From: Octopus bimaculoides
Taxonomy: Eukaryota
Length of the DNA: 50,732 nucleotides
Direction of reading: 5' to 3'
Assembly (NCBI RefSeq): GCF_001194135.2
Contig: NC_069000.1
Coordinates: 29,403,191-29,453,922 of the forward strand
The translations under genes were made by a program, and so were the position numbers. Under the pieces are notes generated by a model, which saw only the letters and a program-made list of their open reading frames with translations, had not been told where the DNA came from and did not search any database. Numbering within the stretch: position 1 is the stretch's first letter; every line of letters begins with the position of its first letter. This document shows, piece by piece, positions 13,322 to 25,345 of the stretch.

Positions 13322-14490
13322 AATAATAATAATTTATTCTTTTATTAGCCACAAGGGCTCACATACAGAAACATTAAATGACATACAACATAACAGACAA
13401 AAACAGAACAATACAATGGGTTTTCTGCGTATAAACAATATAAATAACAAGAAAAAAATTAAACAAATTAAAACTCCCAATAAGGGAGGTGCTTTAAGGT
13501 CCTCATGGAAAAAGCCACAGGTACCTGATCAACAGGGCAAGAGCCCTTCTCCTTTTACCTTTCACAGGTGCATGCTTAAAATGGGTCCTTTCACACTGGC
13601 CATTTTTCTGACTTTCAACAAATTTGCTAGAAGGCACACTTCTCTCCCCACCCTCACTTTCCTTTTCAAGTGAAACTTAAAAGTTTATGAGGGCTTGGCC
13701 AAAGAGAAAAGTGTCTGTCTTTAGCCATTTCAAACATGTCCACCACTACCCCTTTTGCTACAGCCACCAGACAAATAAAAATTGCTTACCCTTCTTGGCC
13801 AAAGGAGAGCAGTGGGGCAATCTTCACTTTGGATTCAGCTGATAGCCGGATCCGTCCTACATGCGACGGCAGGTGTTGACATAAACCCACAAGTCAGCAA
13901 TGCTCGGACACTGGACGAGGACATGCAGAACAGTTTCATCGCTCTGCATGCACCCTGGGCAGGTTCAGCTGACAGCACTTTTGTGCCTGTAAAGTTTATC
14001 CCAAACGGGCAGCACTCCTCAGTAACAGTGCCAGGCAAGGGATTTCTGGAAGTTATCCATAGGCCCATGCCTGAAAGTTCTCTGGAACAGACCAGTAAGT
14101 TGATCTTTGTCAACGCCCAGAGTTTCCCCAAGAATGTTGTCGCATTTCTCTCCACTAACCCTCTATAGAACACTAGAGTGGAACTACCACTGACCACATT
14201 GGTAGAGTACTATGAGCGCTTGATGGCACTCGAGGTGCCAAGCGCCCCTCCTTGGTCTACACCTAATCCAGGCTTGCAGCTCAGTCAAAGAGATGAGCTG
14301 TGGAAGAGCGAGTCTAACAAACGGCAACCACACCTGCTCACCGTCAAGGAAATGCTGGAGATGCTGCAACCTGAGTGCATGTCTGCACATCAGCAACGAC
14401 AGCATGCCCCGGCCCCCATTCAGTGGCTGTTGGCAACAGATGGAGCACCTTGCCAGCGGAATGCAACCCCTCCACAGAAAACCAAAGAGT
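13322..14490 (-). mobile_element. Tx1/L1-clade LINE 3' ~1.15 kb, copy 2 (RT C-terminal zf-RVT region and 3' UTR)
   Basis: Across frameshifts: FQKSLAWHCY*GVLPVWDKLYRHKSAVS*TCPGCMQSDETVLHVLVQCPSIADLWVY, then ..LVAVAK..WWTCLKWLKTDTFLFGQALINF. This is the CxxC..HxxxxC knuckle typical of L1/Tx1 ORF2. AATAAA followed by an (ATT)n tail. Confidence 0.85.
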
Positions 14491-14545
14491 ATGAGGATCA
14501 GCATGTTCTTTATGTGGACCTTTAGTGGTTAAATAAAGAAATCAT

Positions 14546-15190
14546 TATGGTGAGTTGGCAGAATTGTTAGCATGCTGCATAAAATGCTTTGCAACATTTC
14601 ATGTCATTACATTCTGAGTTCAAATTCTGCAGAAGTTGGTCGACTTTGCCTTTCACCCTTGTGGGATTGACGAAGTAAGTCCCATTTGAGCATGTGGTCA
14701 ATTTAATTGGCAAGCCCCCTTCCCCCACACAAATTTCAGGCCCTGTGCCTATAGTAGAAAGGATTATTATTATAATTAAGCTGACAGAATCGCTAAAGCC
14801 TTGGAAAAACACTTTGCGTTATTTCTTCTAACTCTATACATCTTGCTAAAGTCAACTTTGCTATTCATCCTTTCAGGTTTAATGAAATAAAGTACCAGTC
14901 AAATACTGGGGTCAATGTAATTGCTGGCCTTGTGCCAAATTTGAAACCATAATTGCTTTTGCTATTTTTTAAAGCAGAGAGCAGGCAGAACCATTAGCAT
15001 GTCAAACAAAATGCTTAGCAGCATTTCTTCTGACTCTTTATATTCTGAACTAAAATACTGCCAAGTAAAATTTTACTTTTCATTCTTTTGGGACTGATAT
15101 AATATGTACCAGTTAAATATTGGAGTTGATGTAACTGACTTATTGTCTTCCCTCAAAATGCTGGCCTTGTGCCAAAATTAGGAAGAATTA
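14546..15190 (+). mobile_element. Three tandem SINE-B copies
   Basis: Heads near 14548, 14778 and 14980; each ends in gg(c/c)cttgtgcc..aaa(g)gattatt or a variant. Confidence 0.75.
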
Positions 15191-15499
15191 TTATTCTTGT
15201 TGTTTATCACCATGAAATTAAAATTTTTGCCTTTCTATGTTGGCATAAGGGACTTACATGTATTGTGGTTCTACGTAATCTCACAAGTAGAGCCTTACAT
15301 TCTCAAGTGTGACTGAACAACTTCATCCTTGGTTTACCGTCATCTCTCTTTTTCACTATTTACTGCTAAATCAAAGTGTTTCATTTCTCTGTCATATCTT
15401 CTGTAACCCCTTAATTTAGGTGAAAAATGTCAATTTATCTCTTGTTGTTATACTGACCAACTATGGGTAGTAAGCTATGAAATTCTCCCATTACCTTGA

Positions 15500-15795
15500 T
15501 TTCCTGCAATTCAGATTGTCTCATGGTCCCAGTAGACAAACTGGAAAAGGTGTCGTCCTGGAGGATGGCAAGGGGGATGCGCTGGAACAGCCACTCTGAT
15601 TCACAAGCTCACACTTGCAGATCATGCCCTGATAGCAGTAAGCAGGGACATGGCCTGGGGCTGAGAACGCGGAAGGTCTCCACTGCCACAGGCCATAAAC
15701 CTGTCAGAGAGCAACCCATATTTTGACAGTTTTTTTTTTTTTTTCAGCCTGACGAGCAGCAGAGCCTGGGCTGTCTTTACAAGTCAACCGCAACC
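15500..15795 (-). mobile_element. CRE-like (restriction-like endonuclease) non-LTR retrotransposon C-terminal fragment
   Basis: Across frameshifts: PGSAARQAEKKK-VKYGLLSDRF-PVAVETF-VL-PQAMSLLTAI..ESEWLFQRIPLAILQDDTFS-LSTG. This matches the CRE-type RLE terminus (AE..K..KY..L...F.P.A.ET.G..G...FQR.SLAI.RGNA). Confidence 0.78.
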
Positions 15796-16419
15796 TGTAG
15801 TATCTTTTAATATATTCTCAAGCTGACCAAGAAGTGTCTATACAGTAGCTCAACGTGTTAGAAATAGTACCCAAATCTTTCTCAAATTACATCCTAATGT
15901 CTTTAAAAGAAAATGACACCTTGTATAGTATAGCTGAAGCAAAAAATAGAAAGGATGGTCATAACCTTTAATCATAGGTCTGCTTTGGCAGTCAAATAAC
16001 AATAACAATTGGCTACTGGTACTCTTTCTCCCAGCATGCATCACTTATTTTACATGACATGTCTATAGCAAAATGGTTATCTTTCTAGTATATATATCAG
16101 TCAGGATATATGTCATGGGTCAGCTACTTTCTCTGCATACTAGCCTTGTATTTGATGTGCACCAGGCTGTACATTCAGACATTCTTGTCAGAGAAGTATC
16201 GGCACTAAAAAGTAAAGAGCCAATTAAAAAAGCTGCTAATTAACTTCAATGAATCAAGTTATGAGTTGAAATTTACTTTTAGATAAAGAGTAATGTTAGC
16301 TGGGATTGATTGCAATATATTACTGGTATTTTATTAACTTTGGAATGATAAAAAAACACACTAAAGGACAGCATTAAATAATATCTTGAAATAAAATAAT
16401 ACAATTCAATAATATCAAT

Positions 16420-16690
16420 AATTATTAGTAAGCCAGACATTTGGGACTAGGGCATAGTTGATTGAATCAAATGCAATACTTTAGAGGGACTTTATTCTAT
16501 CAACCCTGGAAGAAAGAAAACGTTAACCTTGGTAGGATTTGAACTCAGAATGTAAAGGGCCATAACTAAATGCCACAAAGCATTTTGTCTGATGTTTTCA
16601 CAATTCTGCCAACTCACCTCTCTAATAATGGTTTCTAATTTAGGTACAAGGCCAGCAATTTTGAGGGGAGGGGTTAAGTTGACAGAGGCT
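16420..16690 (-). mobile_element. SINE-B copy plus a second SINE-B tail
   Basis: ggatttgaactcagaatgtaaag..gattctgccaactcacc and ttaggtacaaggccagcaattttgagggg. Confidence 0.7.
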
Positions 16691-18231
16691 GAAAGGGTTC
16701 ATTTTTAGTTATTTTAAATTTGAAGCATTAATTTTTTAAAGGGATATCTTATTAACATCCCTTCACAGGATTTTGCCTCTATTAATCACTATTAATTTTC
16801 TAATGTCAGAAAAACTTCATTTCTGAAAATGTTCCAGACATTTTCCAGTAATCATTAATAAAAATATGAACTGCATCTGCTAAACTTTATTAGCTGTATT
16901 ATATCTTGAAGGGTTAATGTTACCAGTAGAAGCTGGTTTATTGTTATACACATTTATCAAAAACATTGAAAACTGCCTTTATCTTATCAATAAATCAAAT
17001 ATTCAAAAGACTTTACATTACCGTGGTAGCATCAAGCCTAATAAAAGAAACTCAATTAAGCTTTGAGATCACGATCTTTCAATTGCCAAGCCAAACATGA
17101 TCACATTTACCCATTTGACTCTAAAGCCACCTCATTTTTCAAGAATCAATGTTTATTATGCACAGAATTAGAATTAATTCATCTTTTTGAGCATGAATCC
17201 CTTAGATCTTTTTTTTTTTTTTTATTGTTTCTGATTCTGCTAGTCCATGGTTAAGCTACTGTTTCAAATACTTAAAACTTATGACAGTACATCTCTCAAT
17301 AAGATAGCATAGCCAAAGTTAGATACAATGATCAATAGATTTGTTTGAGTGGCTAATTCTGCATCATATAGGTCAGCTACCAGTTTGTGTTGTCAACTGG
17401 TTGTCAGCCATTAGCCAGGTGTGTGTTTGTGAGCCAACTGTGTGACAAACAATCTACCTGTATGTTGTAGACCAGCTACATGTGAGCTGTAGACTGGTTA
17501 CTCACATATCAACGGTCAGTTACCTTTACGCTGTAAACCAGCTTGTGTCTCACATTAGCTACCATGTCATTTTCTGTACCACAAATCAGCCCAATGATAG
17601 TTGGTTAACCAAACACATACACGCTTAGGTATTACTCTCACATTTCAATAAAGTACAAGCAACCAGACATGCAATTTGTCTAACAATTCATGTAAGTGAT
17701 ATTAAAACCCCAATGACTACAGTGTGAGATAAGCTATCAGATATGAACCTCTAGTATGTAACTTATATCACTCCCTATTCTACACAGGCCCAGTAAATAA
17801 CCCGGAAAGTTTATATATTGATGGTTGAGACAGTTGACACTGTTCTCAGATAAATATGATAAAAAAATTTTTAATGTGTATTTATTCTGCAAAATGCCTA
17901 ACTTCAGTTAAAGAAAAATCCCTGGAGAAGAGGGAAGTAGCATCAAAGATTTGTAACCTGCCATTTGGCAGTCTTTTGGTGACACAACTTTGCTATTATT
18001 ACAATGATTTCTAACACAGGATAAAGATGGGATATAGCAGTCCACTACAAGATGTATGACCTTTCATGCATACCACTGACCAGTTAATGCTGTTGTACTG
18101 AGTTTACACTAATGACTGTTCATACCTTGCCCAAGAATACAATGTACCCCCTGGCTTAAAAACTGAACCCATGATCTTATGATGGAGAGCCCTGTTGCCT
18201 AACTAGTAGGTCATGTGCCTTCAAACATAAG

Positions 18232-18890
18232 CACAAGTCCACAGATTTTTGGAGTGAATACAGTCAATTGAGTCAATCCCCAAAAAGTTGTTTAGTATTT
18301 ATTTTATCAATTTTTGTGGGATGAAAAGCAAAACTGACTCTGGTAGGATCTGAACTCAGAAAATAAGAGTAATTAACTACAACAAAGTATTTCTCTTGAC
18401 ACACTACCATTTCAGCCACTTCACCAAATTACCTTATTATTGATTTCAAATTTTGGCACAAGACAAGCAAATTTGGAGAGGGGATAAATCAATTACATTG
18501 ACCTCAGGATTCAACTGGTACTTATCTTGACCTCAGTGGCATTTGAACTCAGAACATAAAGACGGACAAAATACTGCAAAGCATTTTGCCCGGTGTGTTA
18601 GTGATTCTGCCAGCTCACCACCTTAACAATTTTGGAAGACAGCAAGCCGATAGAATAATTTGCAAGTCAGATAAAATGCTTAACAGTATTTCTGCCAGCT
18701 TTACATTTTGAGTTTAAATTCCAATGTCAACTTTGTCTTTCATCCCTTCTTTTTTTTTTTAAGGGGGGGGGGGCGATAAAATAAATACCAGACAAGTACT
18801 GGCATCAACAAAATAAGTACAAGTCAATGAAATCAACAAGCTCCCCACCCCAATCTTAGGTCTTGTACCTATATTTAGAAAGGATTATTA
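18232..18890. mobile_element. SINE-B cluster: two minus-strand copies, then one plus-strand copy (head-to-head at about 18625/18635)
   Basis: Recurrent SINE-B head, B-box and tail motifs in both orientations. Confidence 0.75.
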
Positions 18891-18998
18891 TTAACTATTT
18901 TAACATTAGCACATGGCCATAAATTGTAGAGGAGAGGCACAATGAATTGATTTTCTCCCCAATACGACTGCTATTTTACCACTGCCTCCCTCTCCGTG

Positions 18999-19067
18999 AG
19001 GAGGAGGGGGGAGGAGGAGGAGGAGGAGAAGGAGAAGAAGAAGAAGAAGAAGAAGAAGAAGAAGAAG

Positions 19068-19096
<29 letters not shown>
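18999..19096. repeat. (GGA)n-(GAA)n compound microsatellite
   Basis: Directly visible; produces the spurious poly-Gly/Glu ORF. Confidence 0.97.
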
Positions 19097-19098
<2 letters not shown>

Positions 19099-19539
19099 TT
19101 CTAAACAAAATAAATACATGTTTACATGTATTTTACAGAGATTCATCAGGCTTGGTTTGAAGCACACACACACAACACCACACCATACATCTTTATATAA
19201 ACAGTAATGTCAATAAACTAATATCACGCTATAGATGCCAATATTTCAGTTATGGTAATTAAACACAACACTCACTAATTAAAATGGTATACAATGAATA
19301 ACTAACAGATGTTTTACACCAGACAAAATTATAAATCCAAATGTACTAAACACTGGTTACAAAATAATGTTTTCTATAGGCATATTAACAATCGTTTCTA
19401 AATTTACCACATGAGCAACACATGAAGGACATTATGAGAGCAATTACAAAAAAAGAAAAAGCAACATGGAGGTTTACACAGAAACAGTTACAGAAAATCC
19501 TGCATGTAAATTAGCAGTGTATAAAAGACATGAAATGAG

Positions 19540-20200
19540 ATGCCTCAATAGTAGGACAACCCCTAGAAGTCAAATAGGAAACTTCACAGACCCTGCATTA
19601 CCTTTTACTAGCAAAGAGCAAGTGCCTTCTCTTGTCTGAGATCTACAGCCTACACATGCATACTGAGAGTAACTAATTTATAGAAGAGCAGCACTTCTTT
19701 CTCTATAGCCTTACCTTCTACTTGAAACCAGAAATTCATGTAGGCTTTCACTGAAGAGAAAAGTGTTTTCCCTCAGTCCTTTCTATTTTGTCTGCCACAT
19801 AACTTCTTTTGCTATAATCATTAAACAAAGAAAAATTGCTTGCCCTTCCCAACTAGAGGAAGACACCAGAGAAATTCTCAAAATGGATTCAGCTGATAGC
19901 CAGATCCACCCTACCCAAGATAACAGCTGTTAACATAACCCCACGAATCAGTAATGCTGAATGAATGCATGCAGAAGAGTTTCCTTACTATGTGTGCATC
20001 TCAGGCCTAGCTGATGGCATTTCCATATCTGTAGAATTTATCCCAAACCAGCAATGTTCCTCAGTAGCACAGTCAACCAGAGATTTCTGACAGTTGCCCA
20101 CCATCTTCAAACTGAAAGTGCTCAGGAATAGAATGTTCAATTAATCTTCTGCAACACATAGAGTTTCCAGGAGAATGCTGTCATTCTAACTTCTGATCGT
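19540..20200 (-). mobile_element. Tx1/L1-clade LINE 3' fragment, copy 3 (older, CpG-decayed)
   Basis: Collinear with 13560-14150, e.g. ggattcagctgatagcc, gagaaaagtgt, agagtttcc..agaatg. Confidence 0.75.
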
Positions 20201-20469
20201 CTACAGAGAGTAAAAGGTTGATGTACTACTGAATGAATTGCTTAAGTTGTAAAGGCCCCTGAGTGTCTCACAAGGTTCCAGCTATAAATGTTTCCCATAT
20301 TACTACAAGAGTAATGAGGGAGATTACAAAGCATAAAAAACAACTGTGGAGGGGGGGGGGGGTGAGGGGAGCATAGGAAATATATGGGGCAAGAACAAGA
20401 ATACAGTGTAAAGAAAAAATGTGTGTGAGTGTGTGTGAGATAAAAGGGGAGATCAGCCACCCTATGCCA

Positions 20470-21085
20470 ATCACAACACCTGGATTATTACCTGATTGTA
20501 AAGCAACCACTCTGATAGTTAAAGAATAAACTGTCAAAGATATAAGCCAATTTACTTGCTCAGACAGTATGATGATTAAAGAAGCTGAAATTGATGTCAG
20601 AAGCAGAATTGGAATGTGACAGAAGTATTTCAGCAAATGTACAAAATCTGACTCATGAAACATTTACCAGTATCAAAATTTGCCTCTACAATACCATTGT
20701 ACTACCAATACCACTGCATGCAAGCAAAACGTGAAGGAAAATTGCAAAACTCACCAAATTGCTTGCTGGTTTTTACTACAGTATTTAAGGAAATCTTGAG
20801 AATTTTGTACCATGATGGTAAAAATGCTGATCTAGGTCTCATAGCTGAATCTACAGGAGAATTAGAGATGAAGTTCAAGGCACAGAAGCTAAACCTAGAA
20901 CTGAGAGCTTTCAAGGCAAAGTCTAAGGTTTTAGTAAGCAAGAAAGAAGATAGGATCCTAATATCTTCAGGAAAATGGTCTTGCTCAACATGCAGGAAAG
21001 AAGTAGGTATAAATTCCATACAATGTACCCAATGTAAGCTATGAACACTCAAGAGGTATAGTGGAATCACAGGCAGACTATTTCT
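20470..21085 (+). mobile_element. Two abutting RTE-clade RT fragments
   Basis: 20480-20735 encodes a degenerate ..SQFT..SMM..EAEIDVRSRIGM..NTIVLP..ASKT thumb region. 20810-21070 encodes ADLGLIAESTGELEMKF..KSKVLVS..GKWSCSTCRKEVGINSIQCTQCKL. Confidence 0.75.
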
Positions 21086-21634
21086 GAAAAAGACTAGCCA
21101 CCTTGCTAATTGACATAGACTTGTCTTTCCAGATGTTGAATTGCAAGTCCACCAACTTGTTCTGGTTAAAGTTTACTTCAATTATCACCTCACATTCCAC
21201 CATAGCAACGGAATAAGAGGTGATAATGCCTGGATTTCCAAAGGTGTCTCATAACATAGTAGTGACATTGCTTGTATATCTTGACATCACTTCCCTTTGA
21301 TCTTGTTCAAACAAAAAGTATTTTTAGGAGAGAGTTGTAGGAGTATTATTGGGTCTAATAAATGTTTTGGTTTTGGAAATGATTGCATACAGGGACTGTA
21401 AGGGCTGTGTTCCTCATATTACCAAATAGTCTTCTATTTTTTGTAGTTTTTACATTGTATTACTAGTCATGGATGTGGTTTATGCACAACCTGTTATAGT
21501 AGGAACATGGTCAACTTTGCCTGTCATGTATTTCTGAGGAAGGGGAAGTGTCAATAAAACAAACATGAGCCAACTATTAGAGTTGATATAATCAGCTATG
21601 ATTTCTCCCACCCTAAATTGTTAAAAAATCTTCA

Positions 21635-22160
21635 TTAAGGTAGTGAGCTGGCAGAATCATTAGTGTGCTAGACAAAATACCTAATGGCATTTCTTCCAGC
21701 TGAGTTCAAATACTGCTAAGGTTGACTTTGCCTTTCAACCTTTTGGGGTCAATAAAATAAAGTACCAGTCAAATACTGGAGTTGATGTAATCAACTAATC
21801 CCCTCACTCCCTAAAATTGCTGGCCTTGTGCCAAAATTTGAAACTATTATTATTATTATGTAGAAAATAGGAAGAGTTGATATAGTGCTGGATGAAATGC
21901 TTAGCAGTAAATATTTTGGTCGTCCGTTAATGCTGTCAAATAATGAGGATTATTATTCTTATTAATAAAAGAAACCAAAGATGTTAGCAGTGCACCGGCA
22001 CAGTTGGTAGAACATCACCTAAATTTTTTTTGCATTTCATCACACTCATTTATATTCTGAGTTCAAATTCCACTGAGACCAACTTTGCTTTTCATTCTTC
22101 TGGGGGTTGATTCAATCAACTGTTCCCTTCTCCTAGAATTGAGGCCTTGTGCCTATACAC
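21635..22160 (+). mobile_element. Tandem SINE-B cluster (two clear copies and one fragment)
   Basis: aaggtagtgagctggcagaatc..ggccttgtgccaaaatttgaaactattattatt, repeated. Confidence 0.75.
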
Positions 22161-22234
22161 ATTCTCCTCTTGCCCCATGTCCTTACTGGGTTTTTTTTTT
22201 CAGGTTCCACTTAGAGTTGAAAGGGAATGAGATA

Positions 22235-22455
22235 ATGTATTTAGAGCTGGTGTTGTAATAAAATGTACCAGAACACCCTGTAAACTGGCATCCAGTTGAA
22301 GAAATCATACAAAAAAGTTAAGGCATGAGCAAAAATTGGTCCCTAAATCAGTTTAGAGAGTAGTAACTCCAAACAAGTTCAGATTCAATCTGCAACAACC
22401 CATCCAATTCACACCAGCATGAGAAAGCAAATGTAAAATAATGATGAAGATAATG
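22235..22455 (+). mobile_element. Degenerate RTE 3' tail
   Basis: ggcatccagttgaagaa..caacccatccaattcacaccagcatgag..atgatgaagat. Confidence 0.55.
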
Positions 22456-22754
22456 AGATAAATGAGGGAGGTGAGCATGACTAGAATGAAAGACCCTACT
22501 CTCAGCCATGCACTTGTAGGCAAGGAAATGAGAGCTGAAAGAGGGATTTGTCCTTAGTGATCAAAGTAATGGTAGATCTGTGGAGTTCCTTTATTTCTCC
22601 CAGATGGCTATTCCTGTTATTGGGAGCCTTTTCCTTGCTGCTGATTCTATTGTTATTTTTTACTTGATGTAAACTTTCATTGTTTTGTATTCCATCTTTT
22701 GTACTGTCTCCAATATCTTGGGGTTTTTGTAAAGAAACAACTGTTTCTGATTTA

Positions 22755-22910
22755 GACATAAGGATAGCAATTTTGAGAGAAGATGGTAAGTCAATACCAT
22801 CAACCTCAGTACAATATTAACTCTGGTACTTCATTAATATTTTATCAGCCCCTAAAGGATGAAAATCAAAGCTGACTCGGCAGGATTTGAACACAGAACA
22901 TAAAGAGGCA
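22755..22910 (-). mobile_element. SINE-B fragment
   Basis: ctggtacttc..aaaggatgaaaatcaaagctgactcggcaggatttgaacacagaac. Confidence 0.65.
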
Positions 22911-23644
22911 AAAAGTTAAGAAATACTAATAATTACTACTGAGTGCTTGAGTTCCAGAAACAGTATGTTGTACTTAATTGTGTTACTTTATTGATTGGAG
23001 TTTGAATCCTGTCAAAAATCAATAAAATATGTATCAATCATATATTGGAGACAAGTTAACAACTATGTCATGACTATATTTCCAATAACTACACATGTGT
23101 TTCAATTAATTTTCAATGTAATCAAGATTATGGAGGAGTTAAGTAAAATATCTGTAACTCTATATATTGATTATTGCTTGTTCAAGACATTGCAACCATG
23201 ACTAATCCATTCTTTTGTATATCTAAAACTAAGCTGCCAAATGTGTCTTTAATTTTTTTATCACGGTAGGTTATCTGAGGGGTATTTGGCAAACATTTTG
23301 AGTAGGTCAAGCAGCCACATAGAGGCCCCTACTATATTGGTGTTTGACTTACTGAAATGTTCATCTTTTAAATTTTAATTATCTTAATTTAAACAGGAAC
23401 ATTTCAGTACAGGTGGTCTGAAATGAGTTAATATTGAATAAATTAATCAATTCTATCTCTTCTCCAGTAGCAATGTTCAGAAACATTATCAATATTATAC
23501 CATTAGATCCATATATGAGCAAAAATAATAATGTTTTATAAAATATCTTATAGTATTAAGTCTCATTCTTTGACAACATTTTATCTTTCATACTCCTCTT
23601 GCAATGAAAGAAATAACAGAAAACATACAAAATACCAGTAATGT

Positions 23645-23860
23645 GCATGACAATAAGGCAGCATCTATGACGTGACTTGACCTACTGGAAATAGCAGGCA
23701 AGTCTCCTTAGCATTACATTATCACATTTGAAGTAAAGAAAGGATACATTCAGTAATGTAGTCTTTGATATACAAAAATATGGGATAGTTATGACTGAAA
23801 TAGCTTTAATGAAAGGTCTGATTAATCAAGGCTGAGCCAGAGCTAAACAACAATAAATAA
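23645..23860 (-). repeat. Unclassified dispersed repeat D (other copies about 23185-23330 +, 24300-24365 +, 27850-28045 +, 30720-30885 -, 32110-32310 +)
   Basis: Shared motifs tttagc(c/a)ccaggtcagc..tgat, gagatttggc..ctatttctagcagg and tacattatccaatg in all copies. Confidence 0.65.
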
Positions 23861-24634
23861 ATAATGTACTGAGCTTAGTTCCAACAGTTATGTAGATTCT
23901 GTCCTTAAAAACAGCCCCCCTCCCCACTACCTTTTGGCTATGTTAAAGAAATCAATAATTATTTCATTTGAAATATCAATTGGGTGATGTTTTTGTTTTG
24001 TTTTTAATATCATTTATGTGGATTGGCAGAATCATTAGAACTGTGTTTCTCTACCAAAATTTAAATTAAGCTTCACCTACCATGGATGATTTAAGGAGTG
24101 TTAGCCATTTCAACTTATCAAAGCAGGTGTTAGACTAACGTAAGTTTAGGAAACACTGTATAAAAGCATCAGACAAAATGTCTTGATGTATTTAATTTTG
24201 GTCCTTTGTTTCTGAATTCAAATGGTGACAGAGTCAACTTTGCTTTTTCATCTTTCCAAGGTTCATGAAAGAAAGTATGATTAAATGTGTCCTCTCTTTA
24301 TTTACAACTACAGGATGTGATATGAAGGAGATTTGGTGACAACTTGTAGCAAGTCAAGTGATTAAGATTTCACTACAGAGGGTGCTTTAATACAGTGTTT
24401 CCCCAACTTAAGGCCATGGGAAAGTTCAGTGGGATTACAGAAAAATTTGGAAATTAGGTGGGGCCACATATAAAAACACACATACAATGTCACATGTAAA
24501 AGCACACATACACACAATGCATATTCTATAACTTAAGTTCTGTCACAACAGTAGAAAAAAAAGGATTATTTTGACACTTTGATAATAATTTACAACTGAT
24601 AAATAAAATATCAAGTTGGTATTGGTAAATCTTG

Positions 24635-24845
24635 TATGCAATATTAAGCATTTTCTGGGTGAAATGTTTAGCGATATTTCATCTGTCTTTATGTTGAGTT
24701 CAAATTCTGCCGAGGTCGACTTTGCCTTTATTGTTTTTTTTTTNNNNNNNNNNGTCGATAAATTAAGTACCAGTTGCATACTGGGTCGATCTAATCAACA
24801 GGCCCCCAAAATTTCGGGCCTTGTGCCTAGAGTAGAAAAGATTAT
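24635..24845 (+). mobile_element. CpG-rich (young-looking) SINE-B nested in the hAT relic; spans a 10-N gap
   Basis: gagttcaaattctgccgaggtcgactttgcc..gtcgataaattaagtaccag..ttcgggccttgtgcctagagtagaaaagattat. Confidence 0.85.
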
Positions 24846-25345
24846 GTTATTGCTCTGAAGTTCATACATCTGGTGACAATCTCTAAGAGTAACTATCAGC
24901 ATCACTTGGCTGGACTTAGAACAATGTTGTAATGTTTCTGAATGGTAAGTAGCTTGGAAAAGAAAGCCTAGCTGTTAAATGTGACATATTCTATCATTCA
25001 AATATAGTTGAAAAGTTAGATTTGCTGAACAAACAGCTTCAAATACAAATATCTTAAAATACAAAGATTGTTAGTTCTTTCCTTGGAAAACTTAATCTCT
25101 TCAGTATAAATGCTGGGCATAAGGATTAGATGCATTTTTTAAACCTAACTACAATTGAGGAGGAGCTGCAAGAGGATGATATTTTAGTGACTACTGAACA
25201 CTTGAAGAAATTGCACAACGATATGAAAATTAGATTCAAAGAAATCCCCGAGTGGGGTGGTAGACCCATTTGGGAAAAATGAAGATGATGTTGATATCAG
25301 AAAGCTTAATTGAACTGCAGAGTAATCAAACTGCCCAAACTAAAT

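Noticed and set aside
17023-17038. 16-nt minus-strand micro-exon
   Set aside because: The acceptor resembles the Tx1 tail motif, and there is no independent support.
18947-19207. Poly-Gly/poly-Glu ORF
   Set aside because: (GGA)n/(GAA)n microsatellite with no supporting exon structure.
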